Shown here one piece after another: positions 39,186-50,749 of a stretch of 64,000 nt of DNA; position 1 is the first letter of the stretch, and each line of letters begins with the position of its first letter. Source of the DNA: an uncultured bacterium (GTDB lineage Bacteria; Hydrothermota; Tepidihabitantia; Tepidihabitantales; Tepidihabitantaceae); the NCBI GenBank assembly GCA_964590395.1, contig CAZPVT010000005.1, positions 182,064 through 246,063 of the forward strand, written 5' to 3'. The position numbers and the translations under genes are program-made. The notes under the pieces were generated by a model, which was given only the letters and a program-made list of their open reading frames with translations, was not told the DNA's origin and made no database searches.

Positions 39186-40401
39186 CGTTATTCAATCTTT
39201 GATTTCGTTCCCAGAACAATTGGGCGACAACTTTTACCAATACCAGCGCAAAATCCGACTTACTCATTTCGGCCATGGTCAGTATTTTACCGGAAGAAAA
39301 AATCAGTGTCGGATTGATTCTATCAGAACCAGCGGTAGCGGTTGGGTTGGCAACGATCAAATCAAGATATTTTTCCCGCAGTTTAACTTTTGCCCTTGCC
39401 AGTGAGTCGTCATGGGAAAAGCCGATTAATAATGGGCGATGCGTTTGGCGACTAGCAAGGGTCAAAATATCATTAGTCTTTTTCAATTGTAGGGTTAGAT
39501 TCAGTTGATGCAGTTTCTTTCGAGCGGACTGGACGGGTTGATAATCAGCAACTGCTGCGCACATTATCAAAATTTTTGCCGATGGTAGATGTTTAATCAC
39601 CGCATCGCTCATTTCCTCAGCGGTACGCACTCGCACGGTATCCGATGGAAGTGGGACCGATACTGCCCCAGCGATTAAAGTTGTTGTAGCCCCAACTGCT
39701 CGGAGTATCCGGGTGATTTCTATGCCCAGGAGTCCACTGGCACGATTGGTTATTATGCGCACCGGATCAATTGGTTCTTCGGTTCGGCCAGTGGTAACGA
39801 GAACCGGTACATCCTTTAGACTGGGAATTTCATCCAGACTCACTCGGCAGGCAGTAAGGATGTCTTCCACAGGTGCCATTCTGCCGACGCCGACTTGGCC
39901 ACAAGCAAGTTCCCCAGGAGCCGGCATTACCATTCGATAGCCCAAAGTGGTCAGTTTATTTACATTCGCCTGAACAACTTGGTTTAACCACATATACTGG
40001 TTCATTGCGGGAGCAAAAATTACTCGACCGGCGCACACCTTTTCTGGAGGAACTGCCAAAAGAAGCGTTGAGAGCAGGTCATCGGCAATACCGTTTGCTA
40101 ACTTTCCGATGATATTTGCGGTGGCGGGTGCTACAACAATCAGATCCGATTTCCCGGCGAGATCAACATGCTCTACCTTTTGGCTAAAGGTCCTGGATTT
40201 AGGGAAAAGACTTACTGCGACCTCCCTGCCGGTAAGAGCGCGGAACGAATCGACCCCAACCAATTTGATTGCAGAGCGGGTCAGAACCGAGGTAACCTGC
40301 CAATTCTGTTTGTGAAATAGGCGCACCAACTCCAGTGCTTTATATGCAGCAATACTGCCACAGACACCGAGCAAAACTTCTAATTGTTTTTTTGTTGTCA
40401 C
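39160..40401 (-). CDS. coaBC: Bifunctional phosphopantothenoylcysteine decarboxylase / phosphopantothenate-cysteine ligase.
   Basis: N-terminal flavoprotein domain (LLGVCGSIAAYKA) plus a C-terminal DFP ligase domain; 413 aa. Confidence 0.9.
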   Translation of the reverse strand: MTTKKQLEVLLGVCGSIAAYKALELVRLFHKQNWQVTSVLTRSAIKLVGVDSFRALTGREVAVSLFPKSRTFSQKVEHVDLAGKSDLIVVAPATANIIGKLANGIADDLLSTLLLAVPPEKVCAGRVIFAPAMNQYMWLNQVVQANVNKLTTLGYRMVMPAPGELACGQVGVGRMAPVEDILTACRVSLDEIPSLKDVPVLVTTGRTEEPIDPVRIITNRASGLLGIEITRILRAVGATTTLIAGAVSVPLPSDTVRVRTAEEMSDAVIKHLPSAKILIMCAAVADYQPVQSARKKLHQLNLTLQLKKTNDILTLASRQTHRPLLIGFSHDDSLARAKVKLREKYLDLIVANPTATAGSDRINPTLIFSSGKILTMAEMSKSDFALVLVKVVAQLFWERNQRLNNDGSGTGTV

Positions 40402-40436
40402 CTGGCGCCGCTCCCGTGAACTGATGGAATCGAGAA

Positions 40437-40766
40437 TTAAAACCGTCGGCTACTTGGGGTAGTTTTCCCCACCCGGGCTGATTTTTTACTTCCGGGTTCA
40501 GGGGTTGGCTCGGTCTCTTTTCTTTTTCCTTCCATAGATGACTTCGGCTGAGAAGCAGCGAGGATTTCCTCTTCGGTCAGTGGGACGAACTTCAACTCTT
40601 CCCGCAACAAACGGCGCAAGGCGTACTCATAAGGGGTACCTGGTAGTTGAATTTCGTCCCGACTGATTGCGTCGATTAAACGACGTGCCTCAAGTGCTGC
40701 GACATTCAAAGCCAAGTACTTGTTAGGTAAAACACGCCACAACTGTTCAACAGATACATATTTCAT
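40437..40766 (-). CDS. rpoZ: RNA polymerase subunit omega, with a basic C-terminal extension.
   Basis: …NKYLALNVAALEARRLID… is typical of RpoZ. The gmk-rpoZ-coaBC synteny is conserved. Confidence 0.8.
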   Translation of the reverse strand: MKYVSVEQLWRVLPNKYLALNVAALEARRLIDAISRDEIQLPGTPYEYALRRLLREELKFVPLTEEEILAASQPKSSMEGKRKETEPTPEPGSKKSARVGKTTPSSRRF

Positions 40767-40775
40767 TTTACCTCC

Positions 40776-41375
40776 TTAATAAATTTTAATACCTCGACAG
40801 GTTCGCAATCGTTCGGCGTGGATAATACCGAGGACAGCGCGAACCGCCTTACTTAACTTATCATTTATTATATAATAGTCAAACTCAATAATGCTGGCTA
40901 ACTCAGAAGTGAGCGCTTCCTGTCGTTGCCGCAACTCTTCTCGGCTTTCGGTCCCCCTTTTTGCTAATCGGTGTTTAAGTTCTTGAAGACTGGGGGGGGC
41001 AATGAATATGCCCACCATGTCCGGCAGGAAGTTTCTACAGGAACGCATACCTTGGATGTCTAGGTCGGCGATCACATCTCTTCCTTTGGCGAATGCTCTT
41101 TCAATAGGTTCTTTCGGTGTACCATAAAAATGACCGTACACTTGGGCATATTCTAATAGTTGATTGTTATGCACCATCTGTTGGAATTCTTCGTCGGTGA
41201 CGAAGATATAACTCCTGCCCGGCTGCTCACTTCTTCTGGGGGGGCGTGTAGTTACGGAAACCGAATAAAGAATTCTTTTATCCCGGCGAACTACCTCCCG
41301 ACAGATTGTCGTTTTCCCCGCACCAGATGGCGAAGAAACGACGATGAGAAACGGTTTGTGTTTCCTATTCCACAT
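40776..41375 (-). CDS. gmk: Guanylate kinase.
   Basis: P-loop SSPSGAGKTT, SVSVTTRPPR and YIFVTDEEF motifs. Confidence 0.9.
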   Translation of the reverse strand: MWNRKHKPFLIVVSSPSGAGKTTICREVVRRDKRILYSVSVTTRPPRRSEQPGRSYIFVTDEEFQQMVHNNQLLEYAQVYGHFYGTPKEPIERAFAKGRDVIADLDIQGMRSCRNFLPDMVGIFIAPPSLQELKHRLAKRGTESREELRQRQEALTSELASIIEFDYYIINDKLSKAVRAVLGIIHAERLRTCRGIKIY

Positions 41376-42240
41376 TTCGTACCTGTTCCTTCAGTTTTTC
41401 AATTTCGCCCTTAATTTCGATTGCCCGACGGGAAATGATCACATCTCGCGCCTTGGCGGCTAAAGTGTCAGTTTCTCGTAACATCTCCTGGGCGATAAAG
41501 TCCAGTTTTTTTCCAGAAGCGACGCCGCTGCACAATGCCCGCAAAAACATACTGCAATGACTCCGTAGACGCACACACTCTTCGTGGATATCAAGACGCT
41601 CAGCAATAAAACCAACTTCTTCAATGATCCGCTTCGGGTTCGCCTGAATATTCATACGCTTTAACTGTTCGATTAAACTCTCTCGGCGTTCTGCCAATCG
41701 TTTGGGAATACGTTCCTCAACTAACTTCAGCGCCCGCCTAATTTTACTTACCCGCCGGCGTAGATCCTTTACCAAGTTTCTCCCTTCGGACTCTTTCATT
41801 CGGTTCAATTCCTTCAGCGCCTTAACGATAACCCTTTTGCTCGTCTGCCAAACTCGGATCCCATTAGCATTCTTCTTTCTGGTAGTGATAACTCCGGGTA
41901 GACCCAGTAGAGTGTTGATGTCCACTTCCCCGGCTATCGCATATTTTTTCTTCAACTCTCGGCTCAAAAGTAGGTAGCTCACCACCGCATTTCGGTCAAC
42001 CTCAATGCAGGCGTCGGCACCGGTTTCGTCTAATGTTACCTGTAACTGTACATACCCGCGGCGCACCCAGCGGCGTACTATGTTATGTATCTCCCGTTCA
42101 TAGCCACTTAACACCGGCGGCAACTTTGAAATTAACTCAAAATATTTATGATTAACCGACCGGATGTCAACTGCTACCCGGGTTTCGATTTCGGGGACGA
42201 CGCCTTCGGCCTGGCCAACACCGGTCATACTACGAATCAT
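41365..42240 (-). CDS. yicC: YicC/YloC family stress-induced protein.
   Basis: MxSMTGxG… N-terminus; about 290 aa; conserved position upstream of gmk. Confidence 0.8.
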   Translation of the reverse strand: MIRSMTGVGQAEGVVPEIETRVAVDIRSVNHKYFELISKLPPVLSGYEREIHNIVRRWVRRGYVQLQVTLDETGADACIEVDRNAVVSYLLLSRELKKKYAIAGEVDINTLLGLPGVITTRKKNANGIRVWQTSKRVIVKALKELNRMKESEGRNLVKDLRRRVSKIRRALKLVEERIPKRLAERRESLIEQLKRMNIQANPKRIIEEVGFIAERLDIHEECVRLRSHCSMFLRALCSGVASGKKLDFIAQEMLRETDTLAAKARDVIISRRAIEIKGEIEKLKEQVRNVE

Positions 42241-42241
42241 A

Positions 42242-42679
42242 TTACTCCTCCATCAAAATCGTTACTGGGCCACGGTTCATCAGTTCTACATCCATATATT
42301 CACCAAACCTTCCCGTCTTGACCGTAATACCAAGGTAACGCAACTCCGCTACAAAGTGTTCATATAGCTGTTCAGCTCGTTTCGGTTCACAGGCACTGGA
42401 AAACGAAGGTCTGAGTCCTTGATCAGTATCAGCGTAAAGTGTCACCTGCGAGACAACGAGAACCGAACCACCGGTTTCTAATAGCGAATGGTTCATTTTT
42501 CCCCTTGCGTCATCCCAGATCCGCAGGCGGGCAATCTTAACTGCCAGTTTTTGGCAGATAACTTCATTATCCTGTTTCCCGACCCCGAGAAAAACTACCA
42601 ACCCCGGTCCAATTTCGGCAATCGCTTTTTCACCTATCCTTACTTTCGCTTTTGCCACTCTTTGTAAAAGCGCCCGCAT
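42242..42679 (-). CDS. dtd: D-aminoacyl-tRNA deacylase.
   Basis: MRALLQRV…SQVTLYAD…GPVTIL; 145 aa. Confidence 0.9.
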   Translation of the reverse strand: MRALLQRVAKAKVRIGEKAIAEIGPGLVVFLGVGKQDNEVICQKLAVKIARLRIWDDARGKMNHSLLETGGSVLVVSQVTLYADTDQGLRPSFSSACEPKRAEQLYEHFVAELRYLGITVKTGRFGEYMDVELMNRGPVTILMEE

Positions 42680-42688
42680 CCTACAGTG

Positions 42689-43294
42689 TTACTTTAACAT
42701 CCGTACTAAAACACGGGCAAGACGATGGGTATCTTCTGCCTTGGCTGCAGTGATGATGTTGCCATCACGCACAACACTACTAAAGCGATACCGAGCACCG
42801 TTTTCACGCAACACCCGGATACAGTAAAAATCGGGGAAAACAGTTGCTGATCTGTTTTGCAGCACACCGGCACGAGCAAGAATAAGCGGCGCCAGTTCCA
42901 CTGCGGCAATAAGCCGTCCTTTCACAGTAAAGTTTTGGCAGCGGTTAAATAATACAGTGTCCTTCCAGTAGGCGACTAATCCTGGACCATTGATCAGCAC
43001 CATAGCCGAGAAATCTGCCGGGGTAATATCTTTTAAAAGTGCCTGTGGTTTAACAAGCAAACCATCAATACCTTGAGCGGCAGTGGTGTCGTTGGCAACG
43101 ACAACAATGGGGATTTCAGCCCGTTCTAATACCTTAATTATTACCTGGTATTCATCTTCACGGAATAAATGGCTTGGAATATAAACCGCAACAGGACGCA
43201 GATCTTTATTATCATCAACAGTTGTTATAACTGTAGTACTGCCGGTTGCGGTGAACCAACCTAACAGTGTCAAGATTAAAAGCCTCATCTGCAC
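42689..43294 (-). CDS. DJ-1/PfpI family protein with an N-terminal signal peptide.
   Basis: Class-I glutamine amidotransferase-like pattern (…AMVLINGPG…). Confidence 0.55.
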   Translation of the reverse strand: MQMRLLILTLLGWFTATGSTTVITTVDDNKDLRPVAVYIPSHLFREDEYQVIIKVLERAEIPIVVVANDTTAAQGIDGLLVKPQALLKDITPADFSAMVLINGPGLVAYWKDTVLFNRCQNFTVKGRLIAAVELAPLILARAGVLQNRSATVFPDFYCIRVLRENGARYRFSSVVRDGNIITAAKAEDTHRLARVLVRMLK

Positions 43295-43391
43295 AGATAT
43301 AATTTATTTATTTTATTGGAAATGTCAAGAAAAATCAAAACTAAAATTAGATAAGCTTCTATTTAACATACACTTATGAAAAAGCATCGGT

Positions 43392-44111
43392 CTACTTATT
43401 GACTAGGTATTCTTTTAGATTTGTTGGGTTTTTTTGGATCCTGTCTTTTTTGCAGCTAATTGCTGCCAGGCCAAATCCGGCAATTATGGCATTGCGGTAA
43501 AAATTCTGTAAATGCAAATTCTCCTTTCCGGGACGGGCAAAGTGGTGAGGAATAAACTGATTATAGCCAGGGATTGTTATTTCATCGTTAGGTGGCGGAA
43601 GTAGATAGATGTGGTCGGGTGTTACACTCATTAATTGGGAGAATGTTTTTTGCCAGTTGGTTTTTGGGTCAGTGATTAATTCAAAACCAATCGAGTGAAA
43701 TCCTGCCTCTTTGAGTATGGCAAAATCGTCAATCGGTACCTGCTCGCCGGTAAACCTTAATGTCATCTGATCAAAACCTGATTCCCTCAGGACCTTTACC
43801 TTATGGTTGTCGATTGTGTTTGGTTGGAGCATAAGTGTCTGTTCTTCGGGAATGATAGCAAGCCGGTCATAAAGTGCTTGAAGGATCCGGTACATTTGGT
43901 CCAGGGTTAAAAGCGATGGTGCACAGCCAGCAAAAAAAACAGTAGAAAATGTTATTCCCCGGAAGTTCTTGCTACGGATATTAATTTCTTTTACGACCAT
44001 AGAAACATACATCTCGGCAGTTTCCTGAGTATATTCTTCGGGCTGGATATTGAAACGGTGATCAGGAATTTTACCAAATGGGACGGTAACTGTGATGCCG
44101 TTTTTTGTCAT
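43392..44111 (-). CDS. HemW/HemN-like (radical-SAM-derived) protein that has lost the CxxxCxxC triad and the C-terminal HemN_C domain; probably a pseudoenzyme.
   Basis: …VTVPFGKIPDHRFN… aligns to the …IHIPFCxxKCxYCDFN block with every Cys replaced. …FFAGCAPSLL matches the GGGTPSLL block. Only 239 aa. 6-nt gap to the upstream lepB. Confidence 0.45.
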   Translation of the reverse strand: MTKNGITVTVPFGKIPDHRFNIQPEEYTQETAEMYVSMVVKEINIRSKNFRGITFSTVFFAGCAPSLLTLDQMYRILQALYDRLAIIPEEQTLMLQPNTIDNHKVKVLRESGFDQMTLRFTGEQVPIDDFAILKEAGFHSIGFELITDPKTNWQKTFSQLMSVTPDHIYLLPPPNDEITIPGYNQFIPHHFARPGKENLHLQNFYRNAIIAGFGLAAISCKKDRIQKNPTNLKEYLVNK

Positions 44112-44117
44112 TTTAAA

Positions 44118-44939
44118 CTACCGGACCAATTTGCCGATACGGTTGAATCTAATTGCCCATGGGGAGATAATTATCCGGGCGATATTTGGCGCCGCGCGTG
44201 AGGAGAAGTAAATGATGAGTGGTTTTCCGCGGATATGGTTTAACGCCAGTGGTCCCCAGAAACGGGAATCCTCTGAGTTATCTCGGTTGTCCCCCATCGC
44301 AAAGATGTGTCCAGGGGGTACAACTACCGGACCGAAGTTATCCCGGACATAAGGAGAGAGTTCGGAGCGATAAAAACTGCCGTTTTCCCATAATTGCTGA
44401 AATTCTGATTGCACTTGGACAGGAGGAGGAAAAGTATAATAAAATTTGTGTACTGCATAGGGGGCAATTTCCTGTTTACCATTAACGAACAATTCTTTAT
44501 TACGTACCTCAACTGTATCGCCAGCGACTGCTACGCACCGTTTGATAAAATTGCGGGGTACATACCAGGTAAAAAAGTGTTTCTGACTATCCCAGAATAT
44601 CGGCAAAAGTGGAAACCACTTAGGAAACAGTCGTTTGTAACGGTTAGGATGAAGCGAATCCACTGATATATCCGGGTCAAGGGGGAATCGGAAGATAACA
44701 ATGTCTCCCCGTTTTGGTTCAGATATGTTGATAATTGTACGGTTAGTGAAAGGAATCTTGATGCCATAGACAAATTTGTTTACCAGCATAAAGTCACCGA
44801 TGGCGATAGTGTCCTCCATCGAGCCTGACGGGACTAAAAACGCCTCGACCAGAAAGGAACGGATGAGCAGGACCGCTACGATAACCGGCACCCATTCACG
44901 GAGCAAAGGTTTTAAACGGGTACCAACGGATTTAGACAT
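44118..44939 (-). CDS. lepB: Signal peptidase I.
   Basis: SGSMEDT (catalytic Ser), GDNRDNSEDSR box and an N-terminal TM helix. Confidence 0.9.
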   Translation of the reverse strand: MSKSVGTRLKPLLREWVPVIVAVLLIRSFLVEAFLVPSGSMEDTIAIGDFMLVNKFVYGIKIPFTNRTIINISEPKRGDIVIFRFPLDPDISVDSLHPNRYKRLFPKWFPLLPIFWDSQKHFFTWYVPRNFIKRCVAVAGDTVEVRNKELFVNGKQEIAPYAVHKFYYTFPPPVQVQSEFQQLWENGSFYRSELSPYVRDNFGPVVVPPGHIFAMGDNRDNSEDSRFWGPLALNHIRGKPLIIYFSSRAAPNIARIIISPWAIRFNRIGKLVR

Positions 44940-44992
44940 TTAATTAAGTAGTATAGGTTTAATGGCAAACAAGTCAATAACTGACATTATGG

Positions 44993-45674
44993 TTAGGGCC
45001 GAATAAGTAGTGCGATGATAACAGCGATACCCAGCGCCGGGAGCATATTAATACCTTGATCTTTTTGACCTCCATGAGATTTAATCCAAGTCCGATTAGT
45101 ATCAAACCACCGACAGGCTCAGTTCGTTAGTCACGGCTTCCAAAAGGAATGAACTGAGGAGGCGTGCGAAGATAGTCAAGCCTGCCTGATAAATAAACAA
45201 GGGTAATGCTGAGAACATTACGCCAATTCCCAGTGCAGCAGTCAGGGCAACGGCAGCAAAGCCATCGAGGATAGATTTTGCCAGATAAAGAGATGGCGGT
45301 TGCCCCAGTCCTTCTTCTATAGAGCCAAGGATAGTCATAGAGCCCATACAGAAGATCAGAAACGCAGTTACTATCCCTTCAGTAAGGCAGGGGTTGCCGA
45401 TTTTTAATTTTCTTTTCAGGTGTTCTACGGCATCGTTTAGGTGAAATTCAAAGTAGAGTAGTTCACCGATAATTGAACCTGAGACGAACGCAAATATCGT
45501 CAGCAGGATTTTCTTTGTAGTCAGTGCCATCGTGAAGCCCCAAAACAGTGTGAAGATGCCGATTGCTTGAAAGGTAATATTCTTCAATCGTTCGGGCAGA
45601 TGGGGATGAATTGTCAGTCCAATTATACTCCCGATAATCACGGTTATGGTGTTGATTAATGTTCCATACACCAA
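44993..45674 (-). pseudogene. DUF554 family membrane protein gene with one, probably two, frameshifts at its 3' end. The intact ORF ends at 45102, and conserved-looking C-terminal segments continue in the other two frames to about 44993.
   Basis: Main frame ends …TNELSLSVV*. The next frame reads VGGLILIGLGLNLMEVKKIKV and the third reads INMLPALGIAVIIALLIRP*; both are hand-translated. Confidence 0.4.
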
Positions 45675-46331
45675 AGTAATGATAATGATGTTCTGTTTTT
45701 GGGTAAATACGGCATTTTTATTACTGCTTATGACATAACCGGGAGGCCAGTTGCCAGGTTATTGGAAGGCGAGGCAAAAGCGGGAGTAAATCAGCTTAAC
45801 TGGTTACCGGAAGGTATTTCACACGGAGGGAGACTTTGTTAAGATGGAGGGTCAGGATTTAAATATAATCGAGCGGGCGGTACTTACAAAGTAAGAGCAG
45901 GCTAGTTCAGTCTGTTTTGTTAAAAGTGCGCCGAAAGGTATACCTTTTTTGCTTGGCATCTGATTATACGCAAGAACCGCTAAAGTACTAAAAAGATTTT
46001 ATAAGGTGGGTCGGGGAGGAGCCGTATAGGGGACGGTATCCTATGTTGCTTTTAGTGCAGTTTTATCGATGAGAAAAGATTTGATATCAAAAGGTTATGC
46101 CACTGACGTAAAACCGACAGCAGGTTTATTTGTTTAACGGTTGCTCGATATGGTTTTAGCCCGGCTCTGGTTAAGAGAGTGGGTAGAGTGGTGGTCAGGT
46201 CTGTGGTAGATGTGGCGGTTATGGTGCTGTCACGCATCATAGTCACTACCCCGTGGTCATTGCTATCAGGTACAGATTGTTAATTGTTTTTATGTGTTTG
46301 ACTTGTCTGGACTTTTTTCTATATTGCTGAT

Positions 46332-46853
46332 GTGCGGGTGAGTGGCGGTAGACGGCTGGTTTATCCGTGTTCTGGTGTTAGGCCAACAAAGGCAATTACC
46401 AGACAGGCGATATTCAACGTACTTGGCGAGGCAGTTAAATGCGCAAGGGTTCTCGACCTTTTCGCCGGAGGCGGTGCACTGGGAATCGAAGCGATCTCCC
46501 GCGGTGCGGTAGCAGCGGTTTTTGTGGAGAGTAGCGATCGGGTTGTCAAATATCTAAGGGAGAATCTCCGCGGGTTAGATATGGTAGAAGTAGTCCGGGG
46601 GAATGTATTTGCGGTGCTACCAAGGCTGAAGGAAAAGGAATTTGATATTGTCTTTGCTGACCCTCCTTACAGTCGCGGATTGGCAGAGCGGACGGTAGTA
46701 GCGGTGGCAAGATATAATATTGTGAGAATTACCGGCTGGTTAGTGATTGAACATAGTAAAGATGATACGCCGGTTACTCCGGCTGGCTGGGAGAAGATGA
46801 AAGAAAAAGCCTATGGTGAGAGTATGATAACCTTTTTCAGGAGGCAGAAATGA
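46332..46853 (+). CDS. rsmD: 16S rRNA (guanine966-N2)-methyltransferase RsmD, with a GTG start.
   Basis: …RPTKAITRQAIFNVLG…, DPPY motif (FADPPYSRG); 173 aa. Confidence 0.85.
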   Translation: MRVSGGRRLVYPCSGVRPTKAITRQAIFNVLGEAVKCARVLDLFAGGGALGIEAISRGAVAAVFVESSDRVVKYLRENLRGLDMVEVVRGNVFAVLPRLKEKEFDIVFADPPYSRGLAERTVVAVARYNIVRITGWLVIEHSKDDTPVTPAGWEKMKEKAYGESMITFFRRQK

Positions 46854-47329
46854 AGCGAGCAGTTTATCCGGGAAGTTTTGACCCGATAACATTGGGGCAT
46901 TTGGATGTAATTAATCGCGCTACTAGGCTGTTTGATGAGGTGATAGTCGGTGTGGCAAAACGGGAGGAGAAAAATCCGCTTTTTTCTTGGGAGGAGCGGA
47001 TTGAACTGACAAGGTTAGTAACCGTAGATATACCCAGCGTTAAAGTCAAAGGTTTTGACGGATTACTGGTTAGTTTTGTGCGGACAATGGGTGCTTGTGC
47101 GGTCATCCGGGGGTTGCGAGCGGTGATGGATTTTGACTATGAGTTTCAGATGGCATTAACTAACCGAAAACTTACCGGTGAACTGGAGACGGTATTTTTT
47201 GTACCCTCAGAAAAATTTTTTTATCTGAGTTCCTCGCTGGTGCGGGAGGTTGCTCGGGCCGGTGGTGAACTTTCCTGTTTTACTCCTGAACCGGTGGTAG
47301 CGGCACTTAGACGGAAATTCGGAAGGTAG
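46850..47329 (+). CDS. coaD: Phosphopantetheine adenylyltransferase.
   Basis: YPGSFDPITLGHLDVI; 159 aa. Confidence 0.93.
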   Translation: MKRAVYPGSFDPITLGHLDVINRATRLFDEVIVGVAKREEKNPLFSWEERIELTRLVTVDIPSVKVKGFDGLLVSFVRTMGACAVIRGLRAVMDFDYEFQMALTNRKLTGELETVFFVPSEKFFYLSSSLVREVARAGGELSCFTPEPVVAALRRKFGR

Positions 47330-49369
<2,040 letters not shown>

Positions 49370-49373
<4 letters not shown>

Positions 49374-50206
49374 TCTAAGGTGACATCGAGACTTATGTCA
49401 GCTGCTGGTGCAGAATGTGTCAATTCTCCGATGGAAATGTAATCAACACCACTACGGGCAATTGGCTGGACATTTTTCAGACTGATGCCACCGGAAGCCT
49501 CGAGTTTTGCTCGACCAGCGGTGATCTGTACCGCTCGACGCAATTGGGGCACGGTCATGTTGTCAAGCATAATCCGCTTGGCACCAGCCGTTAGTGCCTC
49601 GCGCAACTGGTCAATCGTTTTCACCTCGATCATTACCGGCAGGCGGGTTTCTTTTATTCGGTTGAGCGCCTCCTGAACCGAGCCGGTAAGCATCAAGTGG
49701 TTGTCTTTAATCAGCACCATATCGTAAAGTCCCATCCGGTGATTTTTGCCGCCACCGCAGCGGACCGCGTACTTTTCCAGCTGTCTCCAACCCGGGGTGG
49801 TTTTTCGGGTATCAAGGATAACGGCTCTGGTGCCTTTGATCCGGGAGGCAAACTTAGCGGTGAGCGTAGCGATACCAGATAGATGGCAAAGGAAGTTGAG
49901 TGCAGTACGTTCCGCGGTAAGGATGGAGCGGGCAGGTCCGGCAACCCGGGCTAAAATTGCCCCGCGGCGAAACCGGCTGCTGTCGCGGTAGAATGGTTCA
50001 AACTGAATCCGCCGGTCCAGAGTTTTGAATGTCATTCCGCAGATTTTTATTCCCGCCAAGATACCAGTGCCATTAGCAATGATATGGGCAGTCGCTTTCT
50101 GTTTTTCGGAAATCAAGAGTTTGGTAGTGACATCGCCGGAACCGATGTCTTCCCTCAGTGCACCTTTGATTAGTTGTTCGACTGATAAACCAATGTTTTT
50201 TACCAT
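49370..50206 (-). CDS. nadC: Nicotinate-nucleotide pyrophosphorylase (quinolinate phosphoribosyltransferase).
   Basis: …LREDIGSGDVTT…; 278 aa; TIM-barrel QPRTase pattern. Confidence 0.9.
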
Positions 50207-50221
50207 AATCTTCCACCCCTT

Positions 50222-50749
50222 TTATGAATTTTTGTGCTCATCTTGTGTCCTTGTCTGTGCTTCTTCTCTACTACGTTGCTCAACAAGTTTACGCTCCACT
50301 TCATGCTCCTTTTCCGCCGCTGGTGGTGTCGTGGGAGATTCTGCTGGGGTACTGACTTCAACCGGTTTTTCGGTTTTAGGTGAGAGTAGTTCGTTAATTT
50401 TCTGCAGGAGGGCTTCCGGGTTGAACGGCTTGGTGATATACGCATCAGCCCCCATATCCATTCCCCGGCGCATATCTTCAGAAGAGGTGCGGGCGGTAAA
50501 CATAATCACCGGAATTGAGGCGAGGTCGGCCGATGATTTCAGCATTCGACATACGGTATAACCATCCATTTTTGGAATCATCAAGTCCAAGATGATCAGG
50601 TCCGGTTTGAACCGGCGTGTCTGAAAAATGGCATTGTAGCCGTCAGCAACTGTTTCAACCAGATAACCGTGCTGTTCCAGACGCGCCTTAACCAATTCCC
50701 GCAGGTTGGCTTCATCTTCCACGATCAAGACTTTCTTCGGTTCGCTCAT
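50222..50749 (-). CDS. Single-domain response regulator (receiver only) with an acidic low-complexity tail. The start is taken as the Met of MSEPKKVLIVEDE; the track's extension to 50815 is rejected.
   Basis: D-D…D…T…K receiver motifs (LIVEDE, ILDLMIP, FTARTS, YITKPF). Confidence 0.8.
   Translation of the reverse strand: MSEPKKVLIVEDEANLRELVKARLEQHGYLVETVADGYNAIFQTRRFKPDLIILDLMIPKMDGYTVCRMLKSSADLASIPVIMFTARTSSEDMRRGMDMGADAYITKPFNPEALLQKINELLSPKTEKPVEVSTPAESPTTPPAAEKEHEVERKLVEQRSREEAQTRTQDEHKNS

Noticed and set aside
46052-46246. 64-aa minus-strand ORF inside the 657-bp non-coding region.
   Set aside because: Low-complexity T/L-rich peptide with no start context. The region is treated as non-coding or a candidate RNA instead.
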